From NCBI RefSeq assembly GCF_000150275.1, contig NW_002060943.1:9456209-9520208 (forward strand): a stretch of DNA of 64,000 bases. The letters run 5' to 3'. The notes beneath the pieces are model-generated. The model saw nothing but the letters and a program-made list of their open reading frames with translations. It was not told the origin of the DNA and searched no databases. Source of the DNA: Trichoplax adhaerens (taxonomy: Eukaryota; Animalia; Placozoa). The first letter of the stretch is position 1, and the number at the start of each line of letters is the position of its first letter. Both the position numbers and the translations under genes were made by a program. Below are positions 45,265 through 57,369 of this stretch, piece after piece.

Positions 45265-45980
45265 GATACTGTACAGTGTACAGTGTCTTTGGCGTCTCTA
45301 CAGTACAGTACTGTACATATTGTGTACTGTACAGTACAGTACGTATATTGAAGTTGGAAGGTCCGGGACTGGTCCGGACTGTGGAGGCCGAAGTGTGTGG
45401 AACATCTTTTGACAGTACAGTACAGTACTGTGCTGTTATTGTACAGTACATTACACTGAGTGCACAGTACAGTACAGTACTGTACTGTGTACTGGATATT
45501 GAAGTTGGAAGGTCCGGGACTGGTCCGGACTGTGGAGGCCGAAGTGCGTGGAACATCTTTTTACAGTACTGTTCAGTACAGTACAGTACAGTACTGTACT
45601 GTATACTGTACACTGTACAGTAATTGGAAGGTCCGGTCTGGTCCGGATTATGGAGGCCGAAATGCGTGGAATATCTTTTTACAGTACTGGTACTGTACAT
45701 TACGGTACACTGAGTGCACAGTACTGTACAATACTGTAATTTTACGATTTTGAACTCAGTACAGTACTGTACAGTACTCTACATTACAGTGCACACGTGT
45801 TCCGACAGTAAAGTACTGTAGATTTGTCCGTACTGTACAGTACACAGTGTACAGTACTGTCTAGTGTACACTGTACAGTGTACAGTACAATGCAGCCAGG
45901 CGCGTGCAAAGCCTGAAATTTGAGGAACCAATCTCGTCATTAAATCCGGTCAGATTGATATACAGTACTGTACAGTGTAC
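45265..45980. promoter_or_regulatory. Largest CAGTA/TACTG pentamer island, in the SAFB-microprotein divergent promoter
   Basis: ~700 bp of TACAG/CTGTA runs with embedded cassettes. Confidence 0.75.
45345..45680 (+). repeat. Three ~60-65-bp cassettes (TTGGAAGGTCCGG.ACTGGTCCGGACTGTGGAGGCCGAAGTG.GTGGAACATCTTTT) with pentamer spacers
   Basis: Copies at ~45345-45410, ~45496-45562 and ~45624-45680. Confidence 0.92.
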
Positions 45981-46057
45981 AGAAGGGTAGATCGATCCCC
46001 TTTCGATTGAATTCACTTTACAAGTCATTCTGAATTTCTTGATCGTGACGTCTAAAT

Positions 46058-46730
46058 ATGGTGGAACTAAAAGATTCCAAGTCAATCGCTAGTGTGGCGT
46101 TCGAAAACTGGATATTCATAGTTCCAGCAATCCTAGTACTAGCGATTATCGGTAGGTGGCGGATAGTTAACGATAGGAATTACGCGTATTGTATGTACAA
46201 TAGATTAAAAAGTAAAAGTAATTGAATAAACTAAACTCTATTGGGTGTGTATGGTCGATAGACATTTTTCTTCAATTCATCACAACACTGGTATACTGTA
46301 CTGTATGTAGTGGACAACGAACTAGTTTAATCTTACTCTTGCCTAGGACTGTATTCAACAATAAATATGCAATACTCAATCACGAAAGCATCCTTCAATT
46401 AAGTTTGAAATCAGAGCACTGTTGCCAACAGTTTTTACGCTTTCTCAATTGATGCTACCTAAAATGGTTGAAATGAAACGACTACGGTTGCTTGAAGTAG
46501 CTGTATCTGTATACATACATATTTCAAGATACTGTTTCGATGGTTGCCATACCATTCCTGCTATACGATATTACAGTATTTATCCCACTTATGACAAACT
46601 AACGATTTTGCATTTCTCTTCTTCAGCGATTGTTGTATACAGATTAATTACTACGCTAAGCAATAAGAAAAAAATAAAAGAAGAAAAACGACAGCGAAAA
46701 ATGGATAAACGAGAGAAGAAGAAAAAGTAA
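46058..46730 (+). CDS. Unannotated 65-aa single-pass membrane microprotein, 2 exons (46058-46151, 46627-46730)
   Basis: MVELKDSKSIASVAFENWIFIVPAILVLAII-AIVVYRLITTLSNKKKIKEEKRQRKMDKREKKKK*. Donor G|GTAGG, pyrimidine-rich acceptor TTCTCTTCTTCAG|, phases compatible (94+104=198 nt). Confidence 0.8.
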
Positions 46731-48404
46731 TAGTTGATTTTCCTATTGAGCTCAACTTGCACAATCATTGGATGCGAATATAATACCACCAGATGCTCGA
46801 AAAATGTTGGCAACTCAAAATTAAAATGACTTATTGAATTGATTAGGTAGCTATTTTAGTCAACTGTACGACTCGCTGTACTACAATATAACAATGTAGC
46901 AGGAATAAAATGCAGTTCATATTCAAACTAAGATCAACATTGATCCTCAAACTGCATTGGATCACAGCGGCGCAAAGACCATAACACAACTGCTGTATTT
47001 GATACAATCATTTAGTCGTCAGGTTTAATAAGTATTTGTAAATTGTTAATTGTGTTGTGTAGTATCTTTCATGGATTTTGTTAAATTCTACAATCTGCGC
47101 GTATTCTGTAGCACGAACGGTGCAAATATAGTATTTTTGTGACTGTGTACTGTACAGTAAAATATTTACTTTGGTTGGAACTTGATAAAAGAATTTACGT
47201 TTTTATATAGGTGTTTACAGTAAGCACTGTCTAATATACAGTAGTATACGTACGCGTATACTTTAGGAAGGACTGACTCTATGATAGTGATATTACTGAT
47301 ATACACTTGTACAGTAATTTACAAAAACGCCAATAAATACTTTGGATCGTATGAACGAATTGAGCTGTTATTAGTAAAGTACTATCTGAGCAGTTAGTGA
47401 ATATTGCCGGCATTTTTTTGGACATCAGTCTTCTACATACAGGTAAAAAAGGAACACCATACAGTACCACTGATTGTACTGTACGTGCATAACTGATAAT
47501 TGGAAAGTGCTAAGATTAGTGTAGTTTGACACAGAATAGCTATTAATCTCATCATTAATATTTTACTATCTTAAAATCACCGATCCAGTATGAATGACTG
47601 CGGCGCCGAGCCGGTATAAAATCAGGGAGGGCTACGGAAGGGGTTCGCCTACATCCACTCCTACAGTATACTTCAAATGAATGAAAAAATTATAAATTAT
47701 ATATTAGGGAAGCATTCCAATATACAGTACAACATGTGAAAATCATGAGATGAAAAGAGATTTCTCTGTTCACAAGTCAAGAAAGTTAGCGTACACTGTT
47801 CGCAAAACGAAGGAACATTAAATGCAAGTCTGTCGAGTCGAGTCGGACCGACCGTGGCCTTTCCCTTTTGCTACACATTCTATCATCACGAAGGAAATAC
47901 GTGCACAGTATGCGCAATGAATAATTACTACATGTTCGTAAGTTATTGTTGACGAAGCTTGGATTTGTATTGGTACAGTAGTGATGACATTGTACTGTAC
48001 TGTACAGTACAGCAACTTGTATACGACTAATCGGAGCACAGTACATCCGGGAAATGCCCGTTGTACATCTGATTATTTTCGATGGCACCCTGAAAAGATA
48101 TAATTGTGTAAGTTGAATCAGGCCCAAACTAGATCAATTCTCTATCTAGTTGTAGCCTAATTCTACGGGTATATAATATACTGTAATATCGTTTCCACAG
48201 TAATTTTAGTCCACAGAGGAATCCAGTACTATAAAAGCTTTTTATTACAAGGTTCTAAAGAATAGTACAGCAATAATTAATTACTCACAAGAATCTAGTC
48301 TAAAGTAATCTGAGCTCAATTAGATATCAAATCTTTTCTCCCTTTACGCTCAGATTTGTACACCTTATATACTTTTCTCTGAATCTATTTAAGGCAATAA
48401 CATC

Positions 48405-48727
48405 GTCTACAATCAGACATGAATCATCACTACATTTTACAGTATTAATCAAACTGCTTACAATATTATTACTTTACCATTAATGTCCAACACCGTAAGG
48501 TATTGGGCATCTTTACAATCTTAGTATTTCAAGTCGTATAACGTCCTGTACCATAATTAGTTAACAGCTATATTAGTGAATAACACTTTCTAATATAGTA
48601 GTTACCAGTCACCTAAATCTAGCAGCACAAGAATATCTATTTTTAGAAACTTAACTATTCTAAATATAGTACACAACACAATCAAATATAGCTATCGCTA
48701 CAAGCGAATATAGGGTGCATCACTACA
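48405..48727 (+). repeat. Dispersed repeat, copy 2 (direct copy of 2195-2517)
   Basis: Near-identical 323 bp. Confidence 0.95.
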
Positions 48728-48794
48728 TATACATATATAAATATATTTATGAACAGGAATTTCAACGGAACATAACTTTGATTTTTGAACGAAG

Positions 48795-49100
48795 GGGTGG
48801 CATCGAAAATAATCATGACCTACAGTACTGTACACAGTACTCTACTGTACAATGTACTGTAAATAACAGTGTACAGTACAATGTCTCAAATTTCCGAACT
48901 GTAGTGTACTGCACAAGCGCACACGGTACCGTACTGTTGGCATCGAAAATAATCATAACGTACTCTACTCTACTGTACAATGTATTGTAAATAGCAGTGT
49001 ACAGTACTGTATGGTACCGCACAATGTCTCAAATTTTCGAACTGTAGTGTATTGTACTGCACAAGCGCACACGGTACCGTACTGTTTACAGAATTACAGT
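48795..49100 (+). repeat. Two tandem ~140-150-bp units containing pentamer runs (promoter island of the RhoGEF gene)
   Basis: TGGCATCGAAAATAATCAT...ACAATGTCTCAAATTT.CGAACTGTAGTG...CTGCACAAGCGCACACGGTACCGTACTGTT at ~48798 and ~48938. Confidence 0.9.
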
Positions 49101-49202
49101 ACTAAAACAGCGCAGCAGTAATTAGACCTGCTCCGAATCAAATTTATTTACTATTGGTTACTCTAAAAGATGATGATTAAAATTAAAATTTAAAAGCTTG
49201 AC

Positions 49203-52200
49203 ATGTCCAACGCAACTTATGCAAGTATCGCAAGTAAGAGAATAGCGCAAAGTCTTTCTGTAGGTTTAGAGAATACAGAAGATGAAGTTGTATTAAGTGA
49301 TACAAAAAATGATTCCCAGAGCATGATTACAGGTGATGATGACACCATTTCAAATGATGAAACTACAGTGCCTAGTAATTTAGCATCAGCGAAATCTGAA
49401 GTACCTATTAAAGATCTTAAACGGCATCAGTTGCATCATGTGAATTTAAAGGATGCAAACGCTGTAACCACCAATTTTCAAATATGTGACAGTGATCATA
49501 TAGAGGTGACTACAACTTCGTTATCACCTGGTAATATTAAAAACTCTGAGAAAATTGTTACGGAATTGGATACAAGCATTTCTGACAACACTGCTAAGCC
49601 TCATTCTTATATCGCTTTCTCCAACGAACAGAGTGAGGAAGATAGTGATCAAACATCGCATGCAAGACGAATTTCCGACGAAATTGAGCCTCATTCTTCA
49701 TATGATAACAACCCTACAGCCTCGACAAAGTTAAATTTAGGAACAGCTGGCAGCAGCGCAACAGTTAGGGATAACGTTCAAATCAGTACGGCGACATCGA
49801 AGCCATTTAGTAAACAGTCATCTCGCTCTCCTCGCCGTGTCTATAGTATGCAAGAGAAAATTAATTCTCGGATGCATAATGAAATCCGCAACAGGTTGTC
49901 AAGGACTGCAACAGAAACTAATTTATTACTGGATAACAATGACGATCGTTCTAGAGAGATCAATCAAGATCGAATCAATTCCGGAACTCTCCCCGGCCTA
50001 GGCCTAGAAGTTAAAACCGCTTATCCATTAGGTAGAAATAACAGAGGATCGAATGTTGCAAACATCGATAAGGTCAATCCTCAAATCTTTCAATCTCCAA
50101 TCGAAAATAAAACATCTATAGCTTCCGATAACACTATTCATAGTAAATTTCGACAAGCATCTGCCCGCTTCAAATCACTTAAAAATAATGGACAGAAAAT
50201 TTCCAATGAAAATGATAGAATATCGACCAGCCAAGACTTAGTTGATAACTCGGATGATAATAATTATTCTTCAGAAGTTAGCATTGGCCCTAATGATGAA
50301 GTGACGGATAAACATACTCTTAAGTTACTATCCGTTCTGCAGGACGTTAAACAGCATGAGAATGACTACGAAAAGAAAAGAGATGAATTGAAGAATTCTT
50401 TTTACGAATTAAAAACAAATTATAAGAAATGTGGATTAGCAGTTGGAATCGGTTTAACCATGGCAACAACTATTATGTCTGCTGTCGGATTTCCACCCTT
50501 AGCTTACTTCAATGAACCAATTCAAGCTACTGAAAGTGAATTGCCGTCTCAGTATTTAGATAGTAATTCTATGTCAAGTATCGATAGTGATTCCGATGTT
50601 AATATCAAAAAACGACAGGAAAATGAATGGTCTAGAACTTCAATTGAAGATGATGAAGATAATGTAAATAATAGGTTGAAAGTTAGGCCTAAACGAGGAC
50701 GCACTAATACTGGATTATTTGAAGGAATAAAGGTAACTGAAGATCATCAAATTTAAAATGCTATAGTGTAAAAAATTGATAAAATATCATATACTTGGTC
50801 TCCGCCTTCCAGATTTGTTAGTGTTTCGCTTTCAATATATAAATCCATAAATTTCCTATAACTATCATTTTGTTGTTGAAAAAATTCAAGTGGTTCTATT
50901 GCCTTTTTATTTTATGAATAAGGCAAATTTAAAGATGAGTAGCTCGGACGAGATCAGTAACGGTCACAACACCAAGGTTAGCTGTATTTCGTTATATAAA
51001 TTAATTAAAGTTAATAGTAATTTACAAGCTTAAAACTAAAACCCAGCGACGGTTTAGTCCAACGTGATATTATATTAATTTCCTTTCATACGCATGTCAC
51101 ATGGATTTGGTTGATATCTTCTAACAAAGATTTACTAATGGCATTCAGTTATGAGTCTTTGAGATCAAAATTGGTCAAATTTCTTGTAAATATATATTTT
51201 TTAATAGGAAATAATTTCGGAATTTGACGAATTTCCTTTCCTATGTGACTCGTTACCTAGTACTTTCCCTGGGTTTGCACAAGATAAAAGAACTCGGATT
51301 GTGTTGGAACTCTATGAAACTGAATATAAATATGTAGCTATATTAGAAACATTAATCGAGGTATGTGTACGACGTAAAGTGAGAAATATTATTTTTCGGT
51401 ACGCTGTAAGCATTGATTTTATATATCTAGTAACAGATTCGATTCGAGAACGATATTCGCCTACGCTGATATAGTGACTTTTTTATTGCATAACTGCTTT
51501 AAAAAAATAGTTTCTGACTAACCTATTATATTATTTACAGTCAGTAGATCGTGAAAGATATAGAGCACTGTGGTAAACATCGATCTGTTGTAACATGAGT
51601 CAGTAACGTTTCTCTACACAATATTATGCTAACTAATAAATTTAATAGTCGATAATTATAAGTATTGATTTTACTTTTAACTGTGCTATAAATCTTAAGC
51701 ATTAATGTAAAATAATTTTAATTTACGTGCATTTAAGCTTACGATGGGATATTAAATAGTTCAAATGTTAATTATACATTGTTACACCTGATGTTGGATT
51801 AATAGTACTCGTACATCAGGAATCATAACTCGTTTATGTCACTTGATTCGATAGCACCTACGACAACAGGTAGTGAATGCCACCGCATTAAATGATATGA
51901 TACATTACTTCATATATCTTGAATTCATAGGGTATTTTTACCAAAGGAGTATCTGCCATTTGTTAAATTTAGCTTTTTATAGTTTATAGTTTTCTTTGAT
52001 AATTTATGCGTTTATATCGTTCGATGAAGAAAATCATTGGTCTCGTAATATTCTTTCGGTATTGCAAACTGCCTACTCCTGAAATGAAAGCTAGATATTG
52101 TCATGCCTTCAATAAATAAATATTATTATCTGCAACTATAAAACTGTAATATTCTCAAACCTATATCCATATAGGTATTTAAGAAACCATTACTAGGTAT

Positions 52201-55200
52201 TTTAGAGCCTAAAGAGATTAGTATGATTTTCGGCAATATCGAAAGGTAAGTTAGGATAGGTGTTAGTTCATGCGGTGATTTATACCTAGTATATTATTTG
52301 ATTTAAATTTCTTTATACCCGTACACTATATTCTGATACCACCTATATATCTTGCGTAGTATCTTCGACTTGAATATTGAATTATTAACCGAATTACAAA
52401 AATATTTACTATGTTGGTCAGAAGATCAACAGATTGGACTATGCTTCTTGAAGAGGGTATGCACATATTCGCGGTATAAATATAATTACAAATTGTGCTG
52501 GTATCCTCTTTCTTCATTACTAATTAAATGCAGATTAGATTTAGATTTGTAAAAATACAATCGCATAAACATGCTAATTGTTTGATATGGTATAAAGTTT
52601 GTAAATGTGCTTAAAGTAAACTCGTAACAATCCAACATTTGAAAAACAAATCTTAATTTTAAGATGACTCTGAAGGAAATTGATTTATTTTAGATGCCCA
52701 GATTTATAATTTATATCGACTATTGTAATAACTACGATAATGCGGAGGCCGCATTTAAGCAAAATCTAAGAAAGAAAAAGGACTTTGAAGAACTTCTTAA
52801 TGTTCGTAAGAATTAAAATTAACTAGCTGATGCATTAAAAAAAAAATGAGCATTAGCTTTGGATCTTAGTGTTGCTTTAGATTAATATCTTATAATATTT
52901 TCCCGCAATAGGTATGCTATAATCACTCTCGATGTCAAAAAAGCTTACAACTTCCTTCTTACCTTATAACACCGGTGCAACGTATTCCAAGATATTTGTT
53001 GTTATTTAAGGTTAATTAGCCGTCCACAATGTTTCACACCCTATTTTGCAAAATTACTGACGCTACTAACGAATATAAATTAGAAGTGCTGTTTAGTGTC
53101 TAAGAGTATTTTTTAATTTTTAGGATTTGATCGATAAAACTGATGAAAGTCATGCCGATTACGAAGATCTTAGTCAAGTTTTATTAGAAATGGTTAGACT
53201 TTACAGAATTAATTAATTTGCGTATGGAATTATCGCAGATTTCATGATTGGCTGTTACAAGCGTATTATCTGCAGTACAGTAAACGCTTGGATAGTAACT
53301 GGATTTTGACAATTCTATATGATAAGGTCCGTAAGATTTAAAGATATGCTCATATTTTTGGTCTTACGGTAGGAGGAACTTGCCGGGATGATCAATACTA
53401 GTTTAATGGAAGTACAAGGAAAGAAGGCTATGGCCGGAATTCAGTCATCTGTAATCGGCCTGCAGGTTAAGTACTGAAATGTAAAATACTATACAAGATA
53501 TTGTTATTTGATCTTTGTTGTATGTGTAAAGAAATTTATTAATATTTTCTTATATTTCCTAAAAGGCCTTTAATATTGAAAATCGTACTTTAATTAAAGA
53601 TGGAGAAGTATATTTGATATCAAATAAGAAGCCTTATAGAGTAATCCGAAATACGCGTATAGCAATAATTTTTGAAAACCGAGTTTGTCCATACCGAAAT
53701 AGTTACTGACGCTGCAATGTACTCTTAACAGTGCCTGTTATTCAACGACTTGCTTATTTTTGCCATTCATGGATCAAAGAAATTAAGTGCGGTTGAATTA
53801 GTATTCGATCTTGATGTTATATGGTTTGAAGATCTCTGTGATTTAGACCCTCAAACAAGTAATCACTAGAAAAATATAATTTTCTGTAATTTGTTTAATA
53901 ATACATTTACTCTATTTTACTTAATAGATGTTTAACTGCTACTTTCGTTCTAACTTACTCTGGATGTCATGTTCTATAATTGTAACTAGCTATTGAGGAC
54001 GCCATCGAAATTTATAACCCAGAGCGAAGTTTTACAATGTATACTAAAAGTAAAGATGAAAAAAAGTTATGGTTACAAGCTTTGAATGAAGCTCTAATTG
54101 CCCGATTTTCTAAGCCTGCCGTATTTCAGCTTAGTGGAATGCCTCGCATGAGGCCTGATATTAGTAAGAACTGTCGATCTTATCTATAACCACATTATCA
54201 ACATATTTTTGATAGACTTTCTTGAAAATAGTCGTCGCTTTCCCTGATTTAGATACGTATATCCAATAGCCATATATACGGTATTTATGATATACCCCTT
54301 TCTGTAACATACGTTATTTTTATCAGAAAAGAGAAAAGTGTTATTCACGTATAAAGATGGCAGTACTTATGATGGCGAGTATTGCGAAGGAAGGCGTCAC
54401 GGTTACGGGGAAATGACATGGGCAAATAATTCGAATTACATTGTAAGGCTGTCTTACATCCTAACCGTTTATAGCAAACTGAAAATATCCGGCTAGAAAC
54501 ATTTAATTTATGTAATAAGTTGTAAAATTGATGTATTTGCTCGACTGATGGGTAGTTGTATAAAATTGTACTATACATGTGTTTGGATAGCATGTAGCTT
54601 AAAAATTATAAACTTAGTGATACAATTGCTAATATCTAAGTTATGTTCTAAGTAACACACGTAATAAGCTCTTTAATAAATTATTAGAGTTGACGGCATT
54701 GCTAGCAAATTTTTCTTAGATGCCATGTTTTTTATCGTTTGTTACAGGGATACTGGGTTGATGATCAAAGAGCAGGTCATGGTGAAATGAGTTTTAATAC
54801 ACTAGAAATATACAAAGGTCACTGGAAGGATGATCAACCAGGTGCTAAGGCATATTAGGAGCCGTAGTAATCGTTTAACGTCATATTTATGTAAAATATC
54901 AATAGCACGACTGCATTCTAAAGTGTGATGCAATCTTTAGATTTACGGATCAGAATTCGTGGTAGAATTTTGATATACCGTTTCTTATCCAATTTTTGGA
55001 TTGTTTTGCATGTAGACGGAGAAGGGGCGTTATATTTTCCATCAGGCACAGTGGTATCTACGACGTGGATAGATGGACGCAAGTTTGGAAGAGTAATAAC
55101 TCCTATTAGTACAATATTACGTTTGGTATTAATTAAAATATTTAAGTTATTAATGGGTTATTAAATAAGGTCTTTACTTGCTATAAATTTAGGCAACAGT

Positions 55201-57369
55201 CAAATTTGGTAATGGCGATGTGTTCGAAGGAATGTTTATCAAAAACGAATTTGAAGGTCATGGTAAATTGGTTTGTAAAGCCTTCGTATATAACGGTGAA
55301 TGGAAGAACTCGAAAGTATGTGAATTATGAAAGCTACCATCGATATAAGCTTACTCTTCTCTACCGTTTAGTTTACAAGTTTTTCTACGTTTATCCATAA
55401 TTCCCTATCATAATACTGATCACTTTACATATTTTAGTGGAATGGTAGAGGAAAATTACTTAGAAAATCGGGAGATCATTACAGGTTAGCCTTAACCCGT
55501 ATCGTTGGACGTATTTTTTAAATTGAAGTTACTTTATATTAACTTGTAAGTACTTTTAAGTGGCGACTTCGTAGATAATACAATCAGTGGTTTTGGGGAA
55601 ATGAATTATTGCAATGGATCAAAGTACACTGGTGAATGGAAGAATAACTTGGTATTAGTTATTCACTTTTTCATATTTGGCTATATTTAATAGACTGTAC
55701 TTATAGGCGTTTTATGGTAAAACATAAATTAGATCTCTAATTTTCTTTATTGGATCACATCTGGTAGTTTCATGGTCAGGGCACTTTTGAAACGGCAGAG
55801 TATAGTTATGAAGGCAGCTGGCATATAGGACAAAAGCAAGGCAAAGGAAAAATCAGATACAGTAATGGAGAGTGTTATGATGGCGATTGGAAGTGCGATA
55901 AGGTATTTCTACCTTAGTTTAGTTTCTGTGGATCTCCATACTTTGTAAATGTGTTCATGCTGGTAATGTAAATTATTTAGAAATGGGGGCACGGTATTAC
56001 AACATTCAGTAACGGTAACAAATACGATGGTGAGTACCAACAAAACCATATCTATGGATTAGGCAAAATGGTATATGCTTCTGGTGAAAGCTATGATGGA
56101 GAATGGGTCTACGAACAAGTAATGCAGTACAACATATTTCTTATTTTTTATAGCTAAGTATTCAGCCAACGTATATCACCAAACTGTGTAGAAAATAGTC
56201 ATAATGAAACCGAAGTATATATCGGTTTTTGACCACCTATACTCATACAACCTAACAATATTTAGCTAATTAAGTCAAAAATGTAACTTGTAATACAAAT
56301 TTGAATATATCATAGTTTCATGGTATGGGAACCTATAAATATCTAGATGGTTCTGTATATTCCGGTTCATGGCAAAACGGCTGTCGGTGTGGCGATGGTA
56401 AGTTAACGATGAGTAATGATAACCTATACGATGGTGGATGGAAGAATGATAAGGTAATGCCAGTAACTAAACATGACTATAAAGATCAAAATCTAATGAA
56501 ACTTATGATATAGTACTTTTCAATGATTTGATTATTGTAAAATCCCGGAATTTTAGTTTCACGGCTTAGGTACCTTGTCCATGCCACTTTGTGAATATAG
56601 TTACGAAGGTTATTATTGACTAGAAATCTTCTTTTGTAAATTTTACTATTGATTTATTAGCTTTCTCACACCTAAATCTTATTATCGTTATTTACGTACT
56701 TAAAATAATAAAAAGTTACGGTTATCGGACATCTTATACGAAATGAATTTGATCCTATATTTACTGATAAAAATTTGGAATAGGAAACTGGGTAGACGGC
56801 AAACGCTGTGGTGAAGGAACTGAAATTTCAGTTAATGGGACATACAGTGGATATTGGAAAGAGAATCTGGTAAAGTATAGAAATGAAATTTATATTAGTA
56901 TGGACAAGCATTAGGGTATATCATAGCTATTAGACTTAATTCACTGACTTCAAGTATAGCAGCCTATCATAAGAGTAACCATCAATCTATGATAGCTGTT
57001 GGCGCAGCTTTATAAATCAAACTAAGATACTGATATACATATTTGGATTTAACAATATAGCGTCATGGAGAAGGCATAGAACAATGTGAGGGGATTTATT
57101 ACGAAGGTTATTGGAATATGGATAAAAAAATCGGCAAGGGAACACTAAGATATTCCGAGGTTGATGATGTTTTAGAAGTAAGAAGTCTCATATAACATAT
57201 GCTCCTATTGAGTATGATTATAGCATGCTAGAAGTGTCTCAGTGTTAAATATCTATTTCATGTTATCTTATTTAAGTCATGGGTTAATGGTGAATCTGTT
57301 GAATATGATGGTAAAACAGCCTTTTCGCTTCCGGTATTGATAAGACATGATATCAATGAGAAGTACTGA
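49203..57369 (+). CDS. RhoGEF (DH)-PH-MORN repeat protein (alsin/ALS2CL-like middle region) with a ~500-aa low-complexity N-terminus; >20 exons
   Basis: Exon 1 49203-50731. DH motifs KRTRIVLELYETEYKYVAIL, MIFGNIESIFDLNIELLTEL, YIDYCNNYD, LPSYLITPVQRIPRYLLLFKDL. PH motifs CLLFNDLLIF and EKKLWLQALNEAL. Many MORN repeats (YDGEYCEGRRHGYGEM, YSGSWQNGCRCGDGKL). Stop at 57367-57369. Confidence 0.85.

Noticed and set aside
45345-45680. CRISPR array (also considered for 12176-12378)
   Set aside because: Eukaryotic intron-rich context, no cas genes, repeats too long, and spacers are low-complexity pentamers of unequal length.
47620-47660. tRNA-like GGTTCG
   Set aside because: No cloverleaf or complete B-box.
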